From assembly GCA_003224725.1 (NCBI GenBank), contig QHZQ01000002.1, positions 1-38,143 on the forward strand: a stretch of DNA of 38,143 nt. The letters are read 5' to 3'. Source of the stretch: Acidobacteriota bacterium. GTDB taxonomy: Bacteria; Acidobacteriota; Terriglobia; Versatilivoradales; Versatilivoraceae. Both the position numbers and the translations under genes were made by a program. How positions within the stretch are numbered: position 1 is the first letter of the stretch; every line of letters starts with the position of its first letter. Shown here piece by piece: positions 9,021 to 18,318 of the stretch. A model generated the notes under the pieces. That model worked only from the letters and a program-made list of their open reading frames with translations, did no database searches and had not been told where the DNA came from.

Positions 9021-9456
9021 TTATGAGCGTCTCGCCTCTTCGCGAATCTTGGCATAGCCAGGTTTGATCACGTTGAAGATGATCTGGCAACGCTGGTTGT
9101 AGGGAATAAAAGCACTTTTCATCGCGTTGATGCTGATTTTTTCCAAATCGTCCAGTCCCAGACCAAAGGTTTGGGCAGCGGCTCGAAACTCCTTGGCGTT
9201 CCAGCGCCGCCTCAGTCTGCATTACGGCAATGGTGTGCGCGAAACCTTCCAGATATTTGGCCAAGCTGCCCTGATTCGCACCACGAAAGAACCACTCAGC
9301 CAGCTCCTCGGGATCTTGAGTTGGAAGCTTTGAATACTTGGCTTCCTTTGCCAGCTCAACAATGGTGCGAGGTCGCAACGCCCCATCCAGATGCTCAGGC
9401 AACAAGACCTTAGGTAACCGTCGCAACAGGGCCGCCTCAAATTTCAATGGAGTCAT
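9021..9456 (-). pseudogene. add: Adenosine deaminase with a large internal deletion
   Basis: N-terminus LPKVLLPEHLDGALRP..SLAKYLEGFAHTIAVMQT is joined near 9195, in another frame, to the C-terminus KEFRAAAQTFGLGLDDLEKISINAMKSAFIPY..VIKPGYA. The first metal-binding His appears replaced by Pro. Confidence 0.88.
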
Positions 9457-9767
9457 CCTTGCCGCCTTCGACGCGCACCATAGCCGGAAATCGTTTTTTG
9501 AGAGACGAGGGAGCCTATGTTCGGGATGCTGGTGGCAATTGGTACCTCGATTGCTTCGCGGCCTTTGCGCCCCGTCCTTATGGCATGATCTCGATCTTGA
9601 ACCAATGACAGCGTGGGAATCAAGTTACCAACAAGCTGGAAAAGTTTCCCCTTTTGGCTCGAAAGTCATCTAAGAAAAATCGCTTTCTTTTCGACTGTTT
9701 TCAAGGATATAATTCTGAATTAAGCAATTATTCAATTTGTATTGGCGTCATTCGATGCGAACCCCAA

Positions 9768-9784
9768 TTGGTAATAGAGTTGCT
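9768..9784 (+). promoter_or_regulatory. Candidate sigma-54 promoter of the flp pilin gene
   Basis: TTGGTAATAGAGTTGCT has GG-N10-GC spacing, about 90 bp upstream of the ATG. Confidence 0.5.
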
Positions 9785-9874
9785 CCTTCCTGCAGTGTCA
9801 AGAGGGTGTCAAGAGATTGGGTTCGCACCCTCGTCGAAAGACCAAACAACACAATTTACTAAAGGAGAACTACC

Positions 9875-10057
9875 ATGTTACTTGCCTTACTGCGATTACA
9901 AGGGTTTTTAAAGGAAGAAGAAGGACAAGACCTCGTTGAATATGCTCTACTGCTGGTATTCCTGGCTCTGGCTGCCATCGTTGTGCTGCCTGTTCTTGGC
10001 AATGCCGTAAACAATGTATTCAGTCAATCTGCCAGCACATTGACGACTGCCTCCTAA
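9875..10057 (+). CDS. flp: Flp/Fap type IVc (Tad) pilin
   Basis: 60 aa with the KEEEG|QDLVEY Flp motif followed by a hydrophobic helix. RBS AAGGAG. Confidence 0.93.
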   Translation: MLLALLRLQGFLKEEEGQDLVEYALLLVFLALAAIVVLPVLGNAVNNVFSQSASTLTTAS

Positions 10058-10084
10058 GGTTTATAGAAAGTGGGTCAGCCCTGA

Positions 10085-11077
10085 TCATTTCTGCACTGCG
10101 TAAACTTGTATCTGTGCAGGCTGATTGCCACGTCGTGGAACAGCCAGGTACAAACGATCCAATGTTGGCGCAAAGAGTGATGTTCGTGCACCCGTTGCCG
10201 TGGCGATTTTTGCAACGGCCGGGTAATGGTCAGGGTCGAGCTGATCAAAGACGTTGATGTAACCTTCCCCACATGAAACGTAAATGCGTTTGTGCACCTC
10301 GTCATAAAAGAGGTCGTCGGTATCCCGGGCAATCGTTAGTTTGATGACTGCTTGGCCTGAAGTTGTATCAAGAACAAGCACCGTTGCCGGCTGACGGCAA
10401 CCTACGAATAAGCGGTGATGGGCTTCATCCAGTGCCATTGGAAAGTTGGCACGTGCGCCGTGGAGTGGCCACTTTGCAACCACAGTTCGCTTCGACCGAT
10501 CGATCACCGCAACATGCCCGGCCTTGGGGACATTTGCAAAAATTCTCGGTCCCGATTTTTCTAGTTGGAAGGACTCGGGATGTCCCTCCAACGGGATGTC
10601 CCCCAGCCGTTTACCATCTGTGGCATCAACGGCTGCGATTCCGCCGTCGCCGTAGCCCACAAACAATTGTTTCGAGCTGAGATCATAGCGTACGTTGTCA
10701 GCATCACCTGACAAATTGATGCTGGTGATCGGCTGCAGCGTGTCACCATCGAACATCTTACAAGTCCCATCTCCGCCGTTTGCCACAAAGATTTTGTTGG
10801 ATTCGGGGAGGTAAACCACTCCCTGTGGTTCGTTTAATCCTTCGATGCGTCCCATCTGCTGGCCGGTTCGCATACGTAAGATCTCTAAGCTATGATTACC
10901 CAGGGCAGCCACAAATACTCTCTCCCCCTCCGGGTCCACAGCCATATGATCAATGCGACCTCGCACCAGAGGCATGGAGATGGTTTGTACCAAACGCAGC
11001 GGCTCTTTTTCCCTGGACTGAGGCGTGGCCATCCAAACGATCACGACCAATAGAAAGATCACATTGCATCTTTTCAT
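10085..11077 (-). CDS. Secreted YncE/YVTN-like beta-propeller protein
   Basis: Signal peptide, GRIDHMAVD, PQGVVY, DADNVRYD, GHPESFQLE, ANFPMALDE and GARTSLF. RBS GGAGG. Confidence 0.8.
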   Translation of the reverse strand: MKRCNVIFLLVVIVWMATPQSREKEPLRLVQTISMPLVRGRIDHMAVDPEGERVFVAALGNHSLEILRMRTGQQMGRIEGLNEPQGVVYLPESNKIFVANGGDGTCKMFDGDTLQPITSINLSGDADNVRYDLSSKQLFVGYGDGGIAAVDATDGKRLGDIPLEGHPESFQLEKSGPRIFANVPKAGHVAVIDRSKRTVVAKWPLHGARANFPMALDEAHHRLFVGCRQPATVLVLDTTSGQAVIKLTIARDTDDLFYDEVHKRIYVSCGEGYINVFDQLDPDHYPAVAKIATATGARTSLFAPTLDRLYLAVPRRGNQPAQIQVYAVQK

Positions 11078-11274
11078 GTCACCTCCACGTGCTCGGAACT
11101 TAATCTTTACACCGTCTTATCCAACAAAGTTTAGCATCACAATGAACAAAACCGTCGAGCTCGTAGAGGCAAAATATTTATAAGAACACGCCCAAAAAAT
11201 GGATGGAACTCATTAGGAGCAATCTCAGGGGACAACCCACAAATTTGTCGAAAACTCAGCAATAAAAGTGTAAA

Positions 11275-11303
11275 TTTACGAACGTATGAAATCTGTGTAA
11301 AAT
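11275..11303 (+). promoter_or_regulatory. Candidate sigma-70 promoter for adk
   Basis: TTTACG-17 bp-TAAAAT with TGTG immediately upstream of the -10, in an AT-rich gap. Confidence 0.45.
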
Positions 11304-11414
11304 GAAGTTTTCCGGCTGCCTGATGTAGTCCTCAGATTCGGGCGATGGCTGAGAGAATCAAATTCTTAACTCGATTGTCAGACATTTGGCAAATTCAAAG
11401 GCGGGTACAGGGCA

Positions 11415-12086
11415 ATGAACATTTCGGTTCTCGGACCACCCGGCTGTGGCAAAGGAACACAGGCAAAACTCCTAGCGGCACATTTTGGGCTTAAGCATTT
11501 CTCTCTGGGTGAGACTCTTCGCTCAGAAATTGAAGGGGGCTCGGCATTAGGTGAAAAGACGCAGTCATACGTCCGCCACGGGAAACTGATACCGGAGGAG
11601 GTCGTGGTTGAGGTTTTCGAATCCTTCCTGACTAATAATCCCAGTCGAGGATTTGTTTTAGATGGCTATCCCAGAACTCTGGCACAAGCCAAGGCATTGG
11701 ACAAAGCCTTGGACCTGTCGGCTGTCGCCCTTTTCGAGGTCTCTGAAGAAGACGTTCTGGCGCGCGCCGAGGGTCGAGTCATCGATGCCCAGGGACACTC
11801 CTATCATGTCACCAAGAATCCGCCTCCCCCGGGTGTCATTGTCAAAACAAGAGAAGACGACAAACCTGAAATCGTTAGAGAGCGGTTTCACGAATTCTGC
11901 AGAGATATCCTACCCATTGCAAAGCGATACCGGGAAAGAGGCCTTCTCATCCCTGTCGATGCAGGCGGGAGTATTGGAACGGTTCTCGATCAACTGCTGG
12001 GCAAATTGGGTGAGACAAACGGCGGAAGAGTGGGAAGCCAGGCTACAGTCCCCATTGCCGCAGCCAATAAAAAAGCACCGGCGTAA
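11415..12086 (+). CDS. adk: Adenylate kinase family protein
   Basis: P-loop GPPGCGKGTQA, GFVLDGYPRT and REDD. The 3' end overlaps the convergent RND gene by 44 bp. Confidence 0.88.
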   Translation: MNISVLGPPGCGKGTQAKLLAAHFGLKHFSLGETLRSEIEGGSALGEKTQSYVRHGKLIPEEVVVEVFESFLTNNPSRGFVLDGYPRTLAQAKALDKALDLSAVALFEVSEEDVLARAEGRVIDAQGHSYHVTKNPPPPGVIVKTREDDKPEIVRERFHEFCRDILPIAKRYRERGLLIPVDAGGSIGTVLDQLLGKLGETNGGRVGSQATVPIAAANKKAPA

Positions 12087-15000
12087 TCAATAGCGACAGG
12101 ATCATAGAAATACTCACTCCGCCAATGACCGCGATGGCCAGAGGTTGAAGCATTTGTGCGCCCGACCCGACGCCCAGCGCCAGCGGCAGCATGCCGAAAA
12201 TCGTTGCCAGGGCGGTCATCAAAATCGGGCGAAGCCGACGACGACCTGCCTGAAAGATGGCTTCCCGCAGCGCATAATGGCGCGCGCTGAAGTATTTTTC
12301 CGCATCCAGCATCAGAATGCCGTTCTTATGCACGATGCCCACCACCATGATCGCACCCATAAATGAGGAAATATTGAGAGTCGAGCCTGTCAGGTAGAGT
12401 GCCAGCAGAGCCCCAAAGCCGCAAAGCAGCGTGGCCAGCAGGATGGCGATGGGATGGGAAAACGAGCGGAACTCGAAAACCAGAATGACGAAAATGAGCA
12501 GAATCGACATTAACAACACCTGGGTCAATCCCAAGAAGGATTCACGTTGAATTTGATATAAGCCGCCAAATTCAATCTCGGTTTGAGCTGGCAAGGATAT
12601 TTCCTTAAAGAGGCGGTTGCGAATCTCATTCATCGCCGAGCCCAAATCACGCCCGGAGAGATGAGCAGTAACCGCCGACATGTTGCGCAGATTGTCGCGA
12701 TGGATCTCGGTCTGTCCCTCTTCTACCTCCACTGCCGCGATGCTGGAGAGAGGCAGGGTGACACCGGTCGGCGATGTGAGCTGAAGCGATTTCAATTTTT
12801 CGATGGAGGAGCGATATTCTGCCGGGTAGCGGACACGAATCCCGATCAGCCGATCGCCGCGGATCATCTGGGAAGCCAGTTCTCCGTCCAGGATGGCTGT
12901 TTGAAGCTCCGCCACATCCCGGACAGCAAAGCCGGCGCGCTCGGCTTTTTGGAGGTCCACGCGGAAGTTGACGGCAGGGCCAATCACAATAGTTTGGTTG
13001 ACCACATCGACCACCCCTTTGATTTTGGGCAGCCAGTTTTCGATTGCCCGAGCCACATTTTTAAAGGTGGCCTCATCCTCATGATAAATCTTGATCTCAA
13101 TCGGCTGGGGTGACCAGGCCAGATCCCCAATCAAATCTTCCAAAATATGAGGGAACTCCACTTCGATAGCGGGCTCGGATTGCACGATTTTGCGACGTAA
13201 CTCGTCAGTGACTTCCGCCAATGGACGCTTGCGGTCGCGCTTGAGCTTCACCAGGAAGTCACCCGTATTGGGCTCCGCAATGGCCAGTGCCAGCCTGGCA
13301 CCGGTGCGCCGGGAGTAATTCTCAATTTCTGGAGTTTCACGCAAATACTGTTCGATATGGCGCAAGACACGATCCGTTTCCTGAAGAGATGTCCCCGACG
13401 GCATGATGTAGTCCAGCACGAAGGCGCCCTCGTCCAATTCTGGCAGGAAGCCACTCCCCAGTCGCCAATAAATGAGGATCGAGCTGCCAAGGATAAGGAG
13501 CGCAGCCGCTAAAACCAGGCGCGCATGGGACAGCGCCCAGTGAAGTACCGCTTCATAGCGCTCGGTCAAGTTTCGCAGGATCCAACCTTCCCCCGCCTGC
13601 TCGGCTTTGCGAAGATCCAAGGCTTCCGTATCAAGACCGTCTAGGAGCGGTCTATCACCCACTCTCCCCGTTTGCTTTAAGAACAGCCGTGCCAACACCG
13701 GCGTAAAGAAAATGACCAGAAAGAGCGAAGCCAACAGTGCCGTGACCAGGGCCAGGGCAAGGGCGCGAAAGAAGACGGCGGTAATGCCTCCTAAGAACAC
13801 CAGCGGAACAAAAACGACGATCGGGGTCAGGGTTGACCCGATCAAGGCCGGTGTCAGCTCCTGGATGGCGCTTTTGGCCGCATCTGGAGGCGATTGCCCC
13901 AATGAGAGTTGTACGATAATGTTCTCCACCATCACAATGGCATCGTCAATCACGACTCCAATGGAAGCCGCCAGCCCTCCCAGGGTCATAAGGTTGAAGC
14001 TCATGTGGAAGAGCTTCATGAAAACAATGGCAATCAGCGTAGCAATGGGAATGACCAGAGCTGCTACCACCGTAGTTCTCCAGCTCTTCAGAAAGCCTAC
14101 CAGCACCGCCACTGAGAGCAATAATCCGATCAAAAGGCTTTCGGTAACACTCGATATAGAATCCCGCACCAGAATCGACTGGTCGTAGAAGATGGCCAGC
14201 TCAATATCGGGCGGCAAGGTTCGGCGGATTTCGCGAAGCTCTTGGTTGACAGCACCGGCAATTTCAACGGCGTTGCCGTCTGGCTGTTGCAACACGTTGA
14301 CTAACACCGCCGGACGACTATTGGCCGTCACGATATTGTAAACCGGCCGCTCACCCGGAATGACCTGGGCCATGTTCTTGATCAATACGGGGGTTCCCTT
14401 GACGACACTGACCACGGTATCTTCGATTTGCTCCCTTTGCCGCAACAACCCGGTGACGGTGGTCAGGTAGAGACGATAGTTCTCCTGTACCATTCCGGCC
14501 GCAGCAATCATGTTGTTATTGCGGATGGCGTCGACCACCTTGGTCAAGGGCAGGCCATAGCTGGTGAGCTTTTCAGGATTAACGATGACATGATATTCCT
14601 GGGGGCGTCCTCCCACGATGCGGGTTTCGGCAACTCCAGGCAAGCGGTAAAGACGGGGAGCAAGATTGTAATAGGCCAGGTCCCAAAGCTCAGCCATGGT
14701 GCGAGTCGGCGAAGTGATACTGAATCCGATCATGGGAAACACGGAAAAGGTCAAACGATTGATGTAAAATCGCGCCGATGGCGGCAGCGAAGGCGTGATC
14801 TGGGAAATGCGTCCTTGCACCAGATGCAAGGCATTGAGGATATCGACATCCCAACGCAAGAAGACGCTGATTTCAGTGGAGCCGCGGCTGGTGACCGACC
14901 GAACGTTCGTGATACCCGGCACCAGGCGGATGGCCTCCTCCAGGGGGCGCGTCACGGTAAGCATCTGGACGTCGACTGGAGCAATGCCGTTGTCAACCAG

Positions 15001-15147
15001 AATGACGATCCGCGGGAAGTTGGTCTCGGGAAAAATTGCGATCGGCAGTCGAAAGATGAAAAAGCCTCCAGCTAGCGCAAAGCTGAGGACAATCAAGAGC
15101 AGTGCACGGCTGTGGGCTGCGACGAAGTCCGCCACATGGGCCGTCAT
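12043..15147 (-). CDS. RND efflux permease (AcrB/CusA-CzcA family)
   Basis: 1034 aa. NLMTLGGLA, VIDDAIVMVENI, FLPELDEG, KNGILM, RRRLRPILMT and QPLAIAVIGG. Confidence 0.95.
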   Translation of the reverse strand: MTAHVADFVAAHSRALLLIVLSFALAGGFFIFRLPIAIFPETNFPRIVILVDNGIAPVDVQMLTVTRPLEEAIRLVPGITNVRSVTSRGSTEISVFLRWDVDILNALHLVQGRISQITPSLPPSARFYINRLTFSVFPMIGFSITSPTRTMAELWDLAYYNLAPRLYRLPGVAETRIVGGRPQEYHVIVNPEKLTSYGLPLTKVVDAIRNNNMIAAAGMVQENYRLYLTTVTGLLRQREQIEDTVVSVVKGTPVLIKNMAQVIPGERPVYNIVTANSRPAVLVNVLQQPDGNAVEIAGAVNQELREIRRTLPPDIELAIFYDQSILVRDSISSVTESLLIGLLLSVAVLVGFLKSWRTTVVAALVIPIATLIAIVFMKLFHMSFNLMTLGGLAASIGVVIDDAIVMVENIIVQLSLGQSPPDAAKSAIQELTPALIGSTLTPIVVFVPLVFLGGITAVFFRALALALVTALLASLFLVIFFTPVLARLFLKQTGRVGDRPLLDGLDTEALDLRKAEQAGEGWILRNLTERYEAVLHWALSHARLVLAAALLILGSSILIYWRLGSGFLPELDEGAFVLDYIMPSGTSLQETDRVLRHIEQYLRETPEIENYSRRTGARLALAIAEPNTGDFLVKLKRDRKRPLAEVTDELRRKIVQSEPAIEVEFPHILEDLIGDLAWSPQPIEIKIYHEDEATFKNVARAIENWLPKIKGVVDVVNQTIVIGPAVNFRVDLQKAERAGFAVRDVAELQTAILDGELASQMIRGDRLIGIRVRYPAEYRSSIEKLKSLQLTSPTGVTLPLSSIAAVEVEEGQTEIHRDNLRNMSAVTAHLSGRDLGSAMNEIRNRLFKEISLPAQTEIEFGGLYQIQRESFLGLTQVLLMSILLIFVILVFEFRSFSHPIAILLATLLCGFGALLALYLTGSTLNISSFMGAIMVVGIVHKNGILMLDAEKYFSARHYALREAIFQAGRRRLRPILMTALATIFGMLPLALGVGSGAQMLQPLAIAVIGGVSISMILSLLITPVLFYWLRQWGL

Positions 15148-16757
15148 TTCGGATTCTCCTGGGACAGGCGCACTTCCGTACCCTCGGGCAGCCCGTAGCC
15201 ACCCTCAACGATGACTACTTCGCCAGCACTCAGCCCTTTCTTGATTTCATCCACTTCCCTTTGGTGCGCAATGCGCTTTTCATCCACGAGCAACACGGAG
15301 CCGAAGTGAGTGCCTTCCTTAAACTGAACGGCCGCCACGGGGACCACCAGACTCTTAGGGGCAGTCCCCGTGACAATGCTGAGTGTGCCAAAAACGCCCG
15401 CTCGTAAATGCTGTGTCTTATTGGGAATCTCACACCACACTTCAACAGTGCGCCGCGACGGGTCCACGGCCTTGTTAACCACAGTCACCTGTCCTTGGAA
15501 GGTTTCCTGACTCGAATCGGTTGGAACAAAAATGCCGCGCTGACCGGCGCGCACAGCAGTCGCTTCAGACTCTGGCACCTGGGCGCGAGCTACCGCCACC
15601 GAAAGATCCATGATCGTAAAGACAGGGACCTCGGGTTTGGCCATGTCGCCCGGATAAAGAAACTGCTCCGTGATGCTGCCTGAGAAAGGGCTGCGCAGTT
15701 CGGTGAACTGAAGCTGAGCCTCCGTCAGCTCGAGCCGGGCCCTAGCTTGAGCCAGACGGCTTTCGGCGATGCGAATGTCTTTGTCCCGTGATTGAGTTTC
15801 AAGCAGTTCGAAGGATTTCTTGGCCACTTCGTAAGCAGATTTAGCCTGGGCCAGTTCCGTTTGACTGACCAGTAGATCGCGCTGGGGAATAGCTCCTTGC
15901 TGGAAAAGCTGGCTGCGCCGGTCACAGATTTTTTGGGCTTGGTTCAAACCGGCTTCGGCCGTGATCAACTCTCCACGAGCGCGTTCAATCTCGGTTGGCA
16001 AAGTACCCGCGGAGATCTTCTGCAGGTTGGCCTGGGCGTCATTCACTGAAGCTGCTGCTTCCGCCCGTTGCGCCCGGATATCTCGGCTTTCCAGTATGGC
16101 CAGTACCTGACCCGCAGCCACGCTACTGCCCTTCCGGACGCGGAGGCCTCGAATGGGCGCGGTAATGCGCGCCGCTAGGTTGGCCTGCTCCCGGGGAAAA
16201 ATGCTGGCAGGTGCATGCACGGTGATGCGAATGTCAGACAATTCTACCCGAGCCACTCTGACGGTGACGATGGGTTTGGCTTCGGTTTCGTCGTGGCGAC
16301 TGCAACCGGCGTTTAAGAGCAGCCACGAAAAGACCAAGGTCGACACGAATAAGGAACCCAGCTCTAATCCAGAGAGAGCAACCAAATCCGCCTTAGAAAT
16401 GGAGTGAAAAAAACCCGTTTGACTTCGGTTTCGGAAGAAAGGGCAAGTTATGGGCGCCCCCTCACCTGGCCTTTGGCCATCCTCTCCCCCAATGGGGGCG
16501 AGGGAGCTAACTATAGGCTCACTCTCCCCTCGCCCTCTCTGAGGGAAGGTGTGAAAGAATTGGGAAGGCAAGCCTCCTGGCGAGCCGCCGCCCCAGCAAG
16601 TCCTTGCCCCATGAGGCTCGGAGGGAGCCTCGCCCTCCCGATCTCGGCCGGTTTGGAATTTTTTCACACCTTCAGGGAGAGGGGCCGGGGGTGAGGCTGA
16701 TTTTTTCACGCCTCCAGGGGGTGCGGTGGGCTCTTCCAGATTTTCTCTGACCGTCAA
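15144..16757 (-). CDS. RND periplasmic adaptor (MFP); N-terminal region largely repeat-derived, true start uncertain
   Basis: Lipobox-like LNAGC, lipoyl half-motifs (VRKGSSVAAGQVL, LRSPFSGSI), alpha-hairpin and GLSAGEVVIVEG. Stop overlaps the RND start (ATGA). Confidence 0.85.
   Translation of the reverse strand: MTVRENLEEPTAPPGGVKKSASPPAPLPEGVKKFQTGRDREGEAPSEPHGARTCWGGGSPGGLPSQFFHTFPQRGRGESEPIVSSLAPIGGEDGQRPGEGAPITCPFFRNRSQTGFFHSISKADLVALSGLELGSLFVSTLVFSWLLLNAGCSRHDETEAKPIVTVRVARVELSDIRITVHAPASIFPREQANLAARITAPIRGLRVRKGSSVAAGQVLAILESRDIRAQRAEAAASVNDAQANLQKISAGTLPTEIERARGELITAEAGLNQAQKICDRRSQLFQQGAIPQRDLLVSQTELAQAKSAYEVAKKSFELLETQSRDKDIRIAESRLAQARARLELTEAQLQFTELRSPFSGSITEQFLYPGDMAKPEVPVFTIMDLSVAVARAQVPESEATAVRAGQRGIFVPTDSSQETFQGQVTVVNKAVDPSRRTVEVWCEIPNKTQHLRAGVFGTLSIVTGTAPKSLVVPVAAVQFKEGTHFGSVLLVDEKRIAHQREVDEIKKGLSAGEVVIVEGGYGLPEGTEVRLSQENPK
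16458..16504 (+). repeat. Family-A core hairpin (partial)
   Basis: cccctcacctggcctttggccatcctctcccccaatgggggcgaggg matches the core of the other family-A copies. Confidence 0.75.
16545..16673. mobile_element. 129-bp MITE with 17-bp TIRs and AGG flanking duplication, carrying the family-B palindrome
   Basis: GAAGGTGTGAAAGAATT ... AATTTTTTCACACCTTC (1 mismatch). AGG at 16542-16544 and 16674-16676. Confidence 0.82.
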
Positions 16758-16887
16758 ACCGCCCCCCTGACCCCTTTCTCAAGGGCGAATAGATTTGCCG
16801 AAACGATCTTGCCTGAAAACCAAGAAAAACAAAATGTCATGAGCTTGTGTCCGGGTAACGCCGCGATTCCATGGATCCAATAAGTTC

Positions 16888-18177
16888 TCACTGTCCAGAG
16901 GCAACCTCGAGATCTGCTCGTGCATTCAAGTAGTTGGCCACGGTCGAGTAATAACTCGTACGCGCCTGGGCGAGTTGATTCTGGGCGGCTACCACATCCA
17001 GTGCTGAGCCTTCTCCGCCCTCATAGCGCAGTCGACTAAGCCGCAGGTTTTCTTCGGAAAGGCTTACCTGGGACTGGGTCAGACTGATCTGAGCGTAGAT
17101 CATTTTCACCCCTGCCAAGGCATTTTGGTACTCCCTGGAAAAGGTGCGCTCGGCGATTTGGCGATTGGTTGTCACTTGTTGGGCTTCCTGTTGAAACTGG
17201 CGAGAGGCGCTGAGTGACTTAAACCAGTCAAAGACGGGAACGTTGAGGTTGACAAAAGCCGCGTATCCGCGGTCACGAATCCGGGCCTGTAAGGCATCGA
17301 GGCCATACTCGAAGACAAGACTGGCTTGCGGAAACAAATCGGCCCTGGCCCGGCGCGAGTCTGCCAGAAAACCGCGGCGTTGAGCCTCCAGAAAGTTAAA
17401 TTCCAAACGTCGCATAAAAGGGGCATTCGCCTGGGTCTGGGACACGGTATCTGGAGAAGGCGCTGTTTGCTCGAATACATCTACCAAGGGGAGAGGGTCG
17501 GTGACTGCAGTGGTCCAAAAGGACGCCAGATCGTGGTTCGCCACTTGAGTTTCAAGTTCGGCCGCTTTGACTGCCTGCTCCAGGACGGCCACCTGAGAAG
17601 AAGCTTTGACCACATCAGCCTGAGCGGCTTCGCCATTTTGAGCCAGGAGTTTGGCTCGCCCTTCAAAACTTTGGGCGTCGGCCAGCGCGTCACGCGCCAC
17701 TTGAACCAATCGGCGAGCCAACAGAAGATGGTAATAGGCAGCCGTGACGGCCCTCTTGAGGTCTCGCTGAGCCAGTCCTAAATTGGCTGCTGCGGCCTGT
17801 TGATCGGCGCGGGCACGCGCCAGGGTTGCCCGTAATTTCCCGGAAGTGTCCAATTCCTGTCCGATGGTAAACAGAGAGGTATATTCACGAATACCGTTGA
17901 GCGCCACGAAACTGAAGGTTTCAGGATGGTCGATTTGAGGACTGTTGTAAGCGTAGGTGTTGGTCAGATGAGCCTGAGGGAGAAACCCGGCGCGGGCCTG
18001 AGAGAGCCCGTAGCGTGTTATCGCGGTTTGCTGCCGGGCCAAGCTCACCGCCGATGGCGCCGATTGCGCCAACCGAATGCAATCGTCCAGGGTGAGAAGA
18101 TTAGTTGCCGGCTGGGCAAGGACATAAACGGCTGTGACCGACCAAATAGCAGCGACACGAAAAACTTTTCGCAACAA
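16888..18177 (-). CDS. TolC-family outer membrane efflux protein
   Basis: Signal peptide, LTLDDCIRLA, two OEP repeats (AVTAAYYHLL, RYEGGEGSALDVVAAQ). GGAGG RBS with TTG start. Confidence 0.92.
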   Translation of the reverse strand: MLRKVFRVAAIWSVTAVYVLAQPATNLLTLDDCIRLAQSAPSAVSLARQQTAITRYGLSQARAGFLPQAHLTNTYAYNSPQIDHPETFSFVALNGIREYTSLFTIGQELDTSGKLRATLARARADQQAAAANLGLAQRDLKRAVTAAYYHLLLARRLVQVARDALADAQSFEGRAKLLAQNGEAAQADVVKASSQVAVLEQAVKAAELETQVANHDLASFWTTAVTDPLPLVDVFEQTAPSPDTVSQTQANAPFMRRLEFNFLEAQRRGFLADSRRARADLFPQASLVFEYGLDALQARIRDRGYAAFVNLNVPVFDWFKSLSASRQFQQEAQQVTTNRQIAERTFSREYQNALAGVKMIYAQISLTQSQVSLSEENLRLSRLRYEGGEGSALDVVAAQNQLAQARTSYYSTVANYLNARADLEVASGQ

Positions 18178-18247
18178 TCGAATCCTCCAAATCCCTTCTG
18201 CCGCTGAACGGATCGGTTCATGGTTCAGCCGACGTAGAAACGCTGGG

Positions 18248-18266
18248 AACTACGGCAGCCGTAGTT
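18248..18266. promoter_or_regulatory. Perfect 9-1-9 palindrome upstream of the efflux operon (possible operator)
   Basis: AACTACGGC-A-GCCGTAGTT, about 70 bp before the TolC start. Confidence 0.4.
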
Positions 18267-18318
18267 TAAGCCCACCTGCGATCATCGGCGTTCACCGTCT
18301 TCTCTTCCCGTCTCTCCC

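Noticed and set aside
8744-9055. ORFs 8744-9055, 8748-8978, 8821-9009 (also 6679-6876, 19638-19826 and those in 25196-25600)
   Set aside because: They are translations of repeat DNA with no protein motifs.
9742-9758. Alternative sigma-54 site TTGGCGTCATTCGATGC
   Set aside because: GG-GC spacing is 11, not the required 10.
9750-9870. c-di-GMP riboswitch upstream of flp
   Set aside because: A GAAA hairpin is present, but the GGCAAA/GACGCAAA two-stem pattern of class I is not.
11315-11360. Fluoride riboswitch (GGCGATGG, CTGATG)
   Set aside because: The motifs are in the wrong order and there is no pairing partner for the first stem.
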